Shown here piece by piece: positions 55,084 through 64,000 of a DNA stretch of 64,000 nucleotides. Below the pieces are notes generated by a model. The model did no database searches, was not told the origin of the DNA, and was given only the letters and a program-made list of their open reading frames with translations. Made by a program: the position numbers and the translations under genes. Source of the stretch: Octopus vulgaris. Its lineage: Eukaryota. Each line of letters begins with the position of its first letter. Position 1 is the first letter of the stretch. The stretch is from the NCBI GenBank assembly GCA_951406725.2, contig OX597822.1, positions 43,710,001-43,774,000 of the forward strand, in the 5' to 3' direction.

Positions 55084-55217
55084 GTCTGTATGTGTGTGCG
55101 CGTGTGTGTATGTATGTATGTGTCTGCTTGTGTCTATGTACGTGTATATGTATGTGTGTACAAGTTTATGCGCGAGCACATGTGAAAGGTAGTACATGCA
55201 GTATATCTATATTTACA

Positions 55218-55720
55218 CCCATGGACAATAATCTCCCATGGACGATTATCCTCCATGGGAATAATCCTCCATGAGCAATAATCCTCACAGGACAATAACC
55301 CCCATGGAAAATAATTTCCCATGGTCGATAATCTCCCATGGACAATAATCCTCCATGGACAATAATCCCCGTGGACAATAATCTCCCATGGACAATAATC
55401 CTCCATTAAAATAATGCTCCATGGCCGATAATCTCCCATGGAAGATATTCCTCCATGGACAATAATCTTCCATGGACAATAATCTTCCATGGACAATAAC
55501 CCTCCATGGACAATAATCCTCCATAGACAATAATCTCCCATGGACAATAATCCTCCATGGACAATAATCTTCCATGGACAATTACTCCAGAGGAGAACAA
55601 ATGATGATTTACAACTTCTCAATATATTGGAGAGGGGATAATTAACTAGAGGGTAGTAATTGTTCTTGGGGGTATTTGTTGACAGTGGGAATTGTCCTAT
55701 GGGGGTAATTGTCCTGATAC
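55218..55720. repeat. About 17-bp minisatellite (CCATGGACAATAATCYY, about 22 units) followed by degenerate inverted units
   Basis: Head-to-tail units at 55218-55585, then reverse-oriented gggggtaattgtcc-type units at 55635-55715. Confidence 0.85.
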
Positions 55721-55899
55721 AGATGTGAATACATATCCACTTTCCCAACATATCACGCTAGCCTTTTATGATGCTCATATTCTCATATTAATGTGTAGGA
55801 ACATACACGCATCTATGTGTACATAAATGTGCGAGTGTGTGTGTATTTTTAAAGACACACGGGCAAACGCACACACACACAGACACACACGCACACACA

Positions 55900-55974
<75 letters not shown>

Positions 55975-56344
55975 CATAATGTTCTCACAATTTCTTTTCT
56001 TAGTGGTAAGACCATAGCGGATATACTTCTAGCATAATGGATTCCACATAGTAGTCGTCCCTCTTATACGTATGTAGTATAATTTTTCTGAATCTTCAGG
56101 TTTTTATATGCTAGACCACTGGTTTTAAATTGATATTAATCAAATAAATATTCAATTTTAAACTCCTATAATTTTAAATTTAAAGTTATATATATATATA
56201 TATATTGGCTCGCTCGCTTAGCCAGCGGGGTGGCGTCATTTCAAGGCTAAAACAATGCGAAGCGCATTGTGACAAGCGATGTGTAACAACATCTGATAGC
56301 CTGGTCGGTCACGGTGATCACGGTGATATATATATATATATATG

Positions 56345-56606
56345 TAGGAGGAGAATTCGCGAAAAAACAAAAGACGAAGACAGGTGGTGTAGAAAACAAA
56401 CAGATATATTAGTCTCACACTCGGGAATTGAAAAATTCTTTTACGTTTTGACCCTATACTCTTCCACAGAAAGGAACACAGACAGAAACAGTCCGCAAAA
56501 AAAATGATAAAAAAATACGAGAAAAAACATCAACAAATCGAGGATGTGGTACATACAAAGTATTAAAAGACGCTCAGGGAAGGGAAGAAGGGGTATTTTA
56601 CGTTTA
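56345..56606 (-). mobile_element. Two adjacent PLE-type 3' tail modules
   Basis: 56345-56490 is the reverse complement of a diverged copy of 22350-22500, with HHR relic cttt-CTGTGGA...aaaacgta-aaag. 56510-56606 is homologous to 12910-13008. Confidence 0.72.
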
Positions 56607-56607
56607 C

Positions 56608-57632
56608 GAGGTGTGATCGATAAGTCCTTGGGCTGTTGCCAGGGTAACGAAGCTAAAACACGCAAATTCAACCCAATCGACAAATGTTGACCTTCAACAC
56701 TATTGAGCATGTGCACTAAGTTTTAACGTTCTAGCTAACTTCCGCTGCTTACAGAAGTGCTTGGAAGAAAGGTGTGTAGTGTGTGATCATCGCATTTACC
56801 ATGAGAGAGGAAGTCGTCACTGCGACAACTGCTCCTCAGAGGCCTACATAATGTTGCAGAACGTGTATGGAGAGGGGTGTATGAGCCGCACACAAGTATA
56901 CGAGTGGTTCAGACGTTTCCAAGATGACCGAAAAAAATGTCGATGTTGACGAACGTCCTGGGAGACCTGCAACCAGCAGAACAGAGAAATACATGGCAGA
57001 TGTGCGTGCAACTGTTTGTAGAAATCGTCGAAACAGCATCTGTGAGTTATAGGAGGATGTACAGATTAGTCACAGTTCAGCTCAGTCCATTATCGCTGAG
57101 AATTTGGCTATGAGACGCGAGTCTGCCCTGATTGTGCCAAAATTGCTTTCAGCTGACCAAAAGGTCACTCGGGTTTCAGTCGCACAAGATCTCTTTGATT
57201 GTGGCGAGGACGATGAAAATTTTTTTTAAATCTGCGTTGGCCTCTGAGCAGGTATAGCAGAGCGTTTGGCAAAATTTGCTCCAGATTCTCTTGAAAACGT
57301 CTGAACCACTCGTATACATGTGTGCCGCTCATACACTCCTCTCCATACACGATATGCAAATTTGCGTAGGCCTCTGAGCAGGTATCACTATGCTTTTGCC
57401 AAAATTTGATGCAGATTCTCTTCTCAACTTTCTCTATCATGTTCAATGTGACGATCATACGCTACACACCTTCATTGCAAGCACTGCTGTAAAGAACGAA
57501 AATTAGCTAGAACGCTAAAATTGGCGCACATGCACAGCAGCGTTCACGGTCAATCTCTGCCAAGCAGCTTCACTCTGTGTGCTCTAGCTTCGTTACTATG
57601 GCAACTGTCCGGATACTTACTGATCAGACCAG
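56608..57632. mobile_element. Mariner derivative made of two inverted 5' ends
   Basis: Plus arm encodes EAYIMLQNVYGEGCMSRTQVYEWFRRFQ..ERPGRP..IVPKLLS. Minus arm encodes RICIKFWQK..EAYANL..VYGEECMSGTHVYEWFRRFQ. Both ends carry related TIR sequence next to TA. Confidence 0.85.
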
Positions 57633-57764
57633 TATACATACATACGTACGTACGTACATTTACATACTTAGGTACACATCGTTTGTATGTAGAAAAATGT
57701 GTTTCTATGTATAGCATGTATGTCGATATGCATATATGAGTATTTATGTATATAAATACATACG

Positions 57765-57828
<64 letters not shown>

Positions 57829-58699
57829 AATATAAATATATTTATATATAATTGAATAAATAAATATATTTATATACGTGCGTTTCTCTATGTATGTAGA
57901 TACAATGGATGTATTTTCTGTATGTCAATATGTATGTATTAGATCTGGTTGTGTTTAATTATGCATGCATGTATGTGTGTGTGTGTGTACGTACGTACGT
58001 ATGTATGTATGTATGTATGTATTTATGTATGTATGTATGCAAGTGTGTACGTACGTAAGTATGTATGTATGTTTGTATGTATGTATGTATGTATGTACAT
58101 ATGTATGGACATTCGTACATACATACTACCTACGTACGTACATATGTATGCCTGTATGTATGTATGTGTGTATGTATGTTTTTATTGGCGATTCATTCCA
58201 TATTTCCATCCTCCCCCGAGTTTATTTGTCTTGCCGATGTTGAATGGAAAACTAAAATTATAATTGTCTGCGGCTCGTGTGAGTAAGATGTGTCTGAAGA
58301 AATATTCTGTCAGTCTGTTGTAGAATAGTTAGATATTGTCTGTAATCTCGATAGATTGTTAGCAAACAAGTCACGTCTATGGACAGAGAAACACCGTAAC
58401 GATATCACAATGGAAGAAACGCGACGAAAATGGCTGCGTTCCGTGTTTTTGTTGAAGCGGAAGGTAGCTGTTCAGTCGGTGAAAACACCCGTGTTTGTGG
58501 TTGGTTAAGAACGACAGTACTGATTGTAAGCGGGGGTGAATTTTGGGGAGGGATTGACACGGGGAAGTTGTGGTTCTGGTCTTGGTTAAGTAAGGTAGCG
58601 GTGGGGGTGATGGTGGTATGTAGAGGTGGTGGCTGTGATGGCGTTTGTGCTGGTATGTGGTGATAGTAACTTTGGTTCTGGTGGAGATTGTCAGTCGCG

Positions 58700-59050
58700 G
58701 TGATGGTGATGGTTGTTGTGATAATGATGGTGATGATGATGATGATAATTGTGATGATGATAATGATAGTTGTGATGAAGATGATGATGCCTGCAGTATT
58801 GATGATTGCGGTGGTGGTGATGATCATTGTTATGGTGATGATGATGATGATGATGTTTGCAGTAATGTTGATGGTGATGGTGATGGTGATATTGATGGCT
58901 ATGATGATAATGACGATGGTGATGATGATGACGACGATGACGACGAAGATGATTTTTTAATGATGCTGATGGTAGTGGTGATATTGATGATGATGGTGAC
59001 GATGTCGTTTGTGGTGATTGTGACGGTAATGATGATGATAGCTGTGGCGA
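58700..59050. repeat. Degenerate (GAT)n array
   Basis: GAT/GGT triplet repeats. Confidence 0.85.
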
Positions 59051-59169
59051 TGATTGTATCATGTATTACATGTAGTGGCGTTCATCATAGCTGGATGGTG
59101 ATTATGTGAGATGAAAATCCCCGTAGTTGTGATGCTGGTCATATAATGAGCATCATTAAAGATTTTATT

Positions 59170-59317
59170 TACCGTGGCTGTGTGGTAAGAAGCTTGCTTC
59201 TCAACCGCAAGGTCCTGGGTTCACTTCCACTGCGTGACACCTTGTGTAACTGTATAGCCTCAGGCTGTCCAAAGCCCTGCCAGTCGATTTGATAGACGGA
59301 AACTGAAAGAAGCCCGT

Positions 59318-59322
<5 letters not shown>
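59170..59322 (+). mobile_element. Family A SINE, 5' part
   Basis: gtggctgtgtggtaagaagcttgc...gggttcacttccactgcgtg...gacggaaactgaaagaagccc. Confidence 0.8.
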
Positions 59323-59357
<35 letters not shown>

Positions 59358-59456
59358 CATACATACATATATACATACATACATATATATTTGGCCATAC
59401 TCGATAACGAGGGGGCAGCCATCCTATATATATATATATACATACATACATATACA

Positions 59457-59492
<36 letters not shown>

Positions 59493-60211
59493 CACACACA
59501 CACAGGGGATGATGGCGAACCCTGCTGTATTCTTTCACCACAACTCTCTCTCACGTTTTCATCCTGGTTCTGTTGTACTGTATTTCGAAGGGCCCGCCTC
59601 GTCACACTCTGTGTCATGCTGAATCTCCCCAAGAAACTACATTAAGGGCACACGTGTCTGCGGAGTGCTCAGCCACTTGCGCATTAATTTGACGGGCATG
59701 CTGTTCCGTCGATCGGATCAACTGGAACCCTCGTCGTCGTAACCGACGGAGTGCTGCGATATTTTGTTGATTAGCAAAAAATAATAAAACAATAAACTAT
59801 CCATCTAAATCATATCAACAAACATAAAGCATGATCTTTAATCACAGACGAAACACATAGACATAACGCATTTATATATCTATCAACAACACCGATTCAT
59901 CTCTTTCTCATACAGCTCTCTATCTCCCATTATCTATTTATGTATCTCGACCCAATATCATATAATATCTCGCTGATGATACCATTAGAGGGTATCCACG
60001 TCAACGTAACACACTCAGCGAATAAACCAATAACGAATGCTTGGAATATTTATGACAATCATTAAAGAATGAGAAACGGCCTACGCTTTGATGCATGCCA
60101 TACACTTTATTTGAACGCATGCATGTTCTTTCTCATCCATCAGTCCATCATATACATATATACATACATACATATATACACACATACATACATATATAAT
60201 ATATCTATATA

Positions 60212-60309
<98 letters not shown>

Positions 60310-60314
60310 TATAT

Positions 60315-60442
<128 letters not shown>

Positions 60443-60677
60443 AGGCATGCATGATAATTGTCTTTCTACGTATTGGCTGTGAATGAAATACATATTATAT
60501 AGAATTACAGTCTTGTGTATTTACTTTCATCGTAATATAAGACACACGAGGGAATTTTGGCCTCGAGCTTAAGCGCATATTTCAATTATTCATAACCCAT
60601 GATCTATCGGTATGCCAGTAGCTCTTTCCTCCGCACCACCTAACTCTCTCTCTCTTTGTCTTTCCCTCCGTTTAACC

Positions 60678-60720
<43 letters not shown>

Positions 60721-60975
60721 ATTGTATATATATATATATAGAGAGAGAGAAAGAGATGTGAGATATGTATATTTATCTAAATATATATATACTTACATAC
60801 ATGCGTGTGAGTGTGTCTGTGACTGTGAGTGTGTGTCTGTAAAGTGTTTCATCACAAATTGTGATCTTGTCAATCGTCAAACGATGCTGAATGAGGGCAA
60901 GTTGAAAAGGATTTCGTCGTACTTCACCTAAGGTAACTATTTCAGGCTGAGAAAGGGGGAAAGAAAATGCTGATA

Positions 60976-61022
<47 letters not shown>

Positions 61023-61156
61023 ATTGATGGTGATGGTGATAACGATGATGAGGAAGAAGAAGAACAAGAAGAAGAAAGGAAAAAAAGATGATGAGTGATA
61101 AAGAAGACTAAGAAGTAGATGATGCTGATCATGAAGGAGAAGAAAATGTTTTTGTT

Positions 61157-61177
61157 GTAGTAGTAGTAGTAGCAGTT

Positions 61178-61257
<80 letters not shown>

Positions 61258-61330
61258 CGTAGTAGTAGTAGTAGTAGTAGTAGTAAGGTAGTAGTAGTAG
61301 TAGCAGCAGCAGCAGTCGTAGTAGTAGTCT

Positions 61331-61375
<45 letters not shown>
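61157..61375. repeat. (TAG)n microsatellite
   Basis: Direct triplet run. Confidence 0.95.
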
Positions 61376-61626
61376 GAAATGTAGAAAAAAAATTGAATGC
61401 TTATGGCTCGAAGAGTCAAAGATATAGGGTGTGTAAGTTTATAGGAGTACGAGTTAGAGGAATACCTGAGGTGAAATTAGTTGTGTAAGAGTTGACGTAA
61501 TAGAATTAAACAAGAATTCGTAAATTAGAAAATTTCTTAAATTAAAAGCATGCTGAAGAAGAGGAAGCTGAAAGGGAGAAAAAAGTCTCTCTATATAAAT
61601 ATTCCAAAATAAGGATAAGGATATAG

Positions 61627-61692
<66 letters not shown>

Positions 61693-61699
61693 TTTTTGA

Positions 61700-61816
61700 A
61701 AGGACACAGATATTGTGTCTAAAGCCAGCTAGGCTAGAGACAAAGATCTCTTGGGGCTATAAAGCTACAGTAACACCCCTCCCCAATGTGGTTAGCCATG
61801 ATAAGATGGCTTCTAT

Positions 61817-61822
<6 letters not shown>
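61700..61822 (+). mobile_element. Fragment of the 354-bp retrozyme-like family between (TA)n tracts
   Basis: ctaaagccagct...ggggct..aagctacagtaacacc...gtggttagccat matches 23395-23490. Confidence 0.7.
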
Positions 61823-61860
<38 letters not shown>

Positions 61861-61917
61861 ATATATATATATATAATATATATATATACACCCATGCTTG
61901 TCCCGAAATAAGAAAAT

Positions 61918-61956
<39 letters not shown>

Positions 61957-62394
61957 TAGCATGTGAGTGTGTGTGAATATGTATATACATACATATACAT
62001 ATCTATATATATCTATATACATATATATATACATACATATATACATACACACACACTCACGTGCACAAAAAACACACATACTCGCACGCATACTCACACG
62101 CGCAATGACACACACACACACACACACACACACACATTAACACACGCGCACAGACATATATATAGGCATGCAGTACGCGCATGCGTTTCAAAATTAATAA
62201 AGAGGAACTCAAAAACAGAATGACATCCATACAGATACTTACTAATTTTGAGACGAAGACCGTGTATGTTAAATGGCAAAGATAGCGGTGGCGAGATTTG
62301 ATCTTAGGATGTAAGTTCCGGGAGAACTGCTCCCTCATCATTTTGCAAAACGTTCTCAAGATTTGATAAAAATTCATAATAATAAAGGCAATAA

Positions 62395-62615
62395 TACTGG
62401 TTTCAAATTTGGGGACAACGCCAGCAATTTGGATGTGTGGCGGTGGGGGTGGGATGGATGTGTGAGTCGATTAAATGGGGCCTAGTACTCGACTGGTACA
62501 TATCTTATAGACCCCGAAGAGATGACAAGCATTTGAACCCAGAACGTAAAGACGGATTAAATACTACTAGGCATTTTGACCGGCGTACTAACGATTCCGC
62601 TAACTCACCGCCTTA
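62395..62615 (-). mobile_element. Family B SINE, degenerate
   Basis: gaccccgaagagatga...tttgaacccagaacgtaaagacgg...ctcaccgcctt. Confidence 0.7.
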
Positions 62616-63654
62616 ATTTTTTGTCATAATAACAGAAGTAACACTCATAATATTTGCTCGAAACTTGGGCAGTATGTCTAGTGTTTTAGATTTCAGCGTG
62701 GGGCACTTACATGGGTGGGTTTTTTTTATCGACAAGATGTCGCAAAACAGATGCCATTAGACAACAGATAACTGTACCCGTTTCTATTTAGCCATCAACC
62801 ATCTTTATTTTTACCACGCTTCAGTTAATTTCAGTCGGTATCAGGGCCAATTCGTTCCTCTTCTTCTCCGTTTCCGACGGAACTTTCACGTCAGCCGTTC
62901 CGCATCTTCCATTTTAGCGACGTAGGTTTTGGTCTCCCAGATTGGTTTTTAGAAATATTTCTATACGGGCATTCGTCCTTCTTCCCTCCATTCGGTCAAA
63001 TACAATTATATATAGTTGTTTTTTACTTTCTGTCTAATCCTGATTTGAAGGCCCGTGGATTTGTGGTTAAGAGTATTCGGCCCACGATTGTAAGCTCGTA
63101 ATTTCGATGCATCCACGTTCTGTATCAAGCTGAATCTCCTTTAGAATTATATTTTGGGTGCGCATGTCTGTATAATGCTCAGTCACTTGCCCGTTGATAT
63201 CACGAGCATGATGTTCCATTGATCGGATCTTCTAGAACACAGCGTCGTAATCAGCGGTGGATCAGCCTTCTCCTGAATGGAGTAAATGTCTTTGAAAAGA
63301 CACATTTTCGCATAATGTTCTGCAGTTTTTATTATATCAATAGATTGAACCGCAAAAGAAACTCGATTTTTTTTGAAAATGTGATTCTTATATGGTAAAT
63401 TCTAAAAATTCATTTCGGGGATGTAAGTGTAAATATTTCAAGACATGCTGGTTTATGGCTGAGACCCAAATTGCAGGTAACATTTCAACTTTCCCTGAAA
63501 CGAGACACGAAAACGCAGCTGCGTTGAATGCCGTGGGTGGCAGTAGCAAACAGTTGTCATGAAAACCGAAATGCACGTGCGTCTCGTGGAGGGTATGGGT
63601 ATAAAACTCAACTTGAACCGCGTTCCTGGCATTTGTAGTTTGGATGCATCAGGT

Positions 63655-64000
63655 ATAACCCGATTGTCAGCAGCGCGGAGAGACATGCTATCGGCCGATT
63701 TCAAGCAGGGTAGCGTTCCCTGGTTGTTGCGAAAGCTTACAATGTCCATGCCATCACAATCTATCGCCTGCAACAACGATACAACAACACCAACAGCACT
63801 GGGGACCGTGCTCGCAGATAGCGTCCCCGCGTGACCACGCCCAGACAGCTCGCGAGACCATTGGCATTAGAGAGCGACCCATCAGCGACGACACGGTACG
63901 ACGTTGCCGTTGTCCTGCTTGAGGGCCTGTTTTCACCGCCTCCGCTGTCAGACATAGTCACAGTGGGCTACACAGCACCGGCATTGGCGGCGTCAACAAT
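63655..64000 (+). pseudogene. Tc1-like transposase N-terminus (frameshifted), running off the window end
   Basis: RLSAARR then AIGRFQAG*..VVAKAYNVHAITIYRLQQRYNNTNSTGDRAR..RPRVTTPRQ, ISDDTVRR, GPVFT and QWATQHRHWRRQQ, which resemble the Tc1 paired-like HTH region. Confidence 0.8.

Noticed and set aside
55218-55585. Possible CRISPR array, or a 205-aa repeat protein (55134-55751)
   Set aside because: Units are contiguous with no unique spacers, there are no cas genes and the context is eukaryotic. The ORF is a by-product of the minisatellite.
58405-59109. Pro/Thr/His-rich or Asp-rich ORFs as a host exon
   Set aside because: Mostly a degenerate (GAT)n array, with no recognisable domain or supportable splice structure.

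Overview
Eukaryotic, AT-rich, repeat-saturated non-coding DNA, most likely an intron or intergenic region of an octopus or other coleoid cephalopod (inferred from the tRNA-derived SINE families and the extreme microsatellite density). I can support no host protein-coding exon, and almost all track ORFs are microsatellite translations. Recognisable content: a 5'-truncated Penelope-like element (PLE) with an open RT + GIY-YIG frame (about 20340-22505), several decayed PLE fragments, a U6 snRNA pseudogene fused by a fold-back palindrome to a PLE fragment, non-autonomous Helitrons, mariner and Tc1 relics, an RTE LINE 3' end, MITEs and many SINEs. The main hidden signal is a set of about a dozen intact, variant or partial type I hammerhead ribozyme (HHR) motifs from several unrelated small repeat families. 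They sit in 354, 355 and 474 bp tandem or terminally redundant units (retrozyme-like) and in head-to-head fold-back insertions that share one geometry, usually beside (TA)n tracts. This suggests a PLE-mobilised retrozyme/circular-RNA system whose RT also captured U6. All folds and alignments were done by eye and coordinates are approximate.
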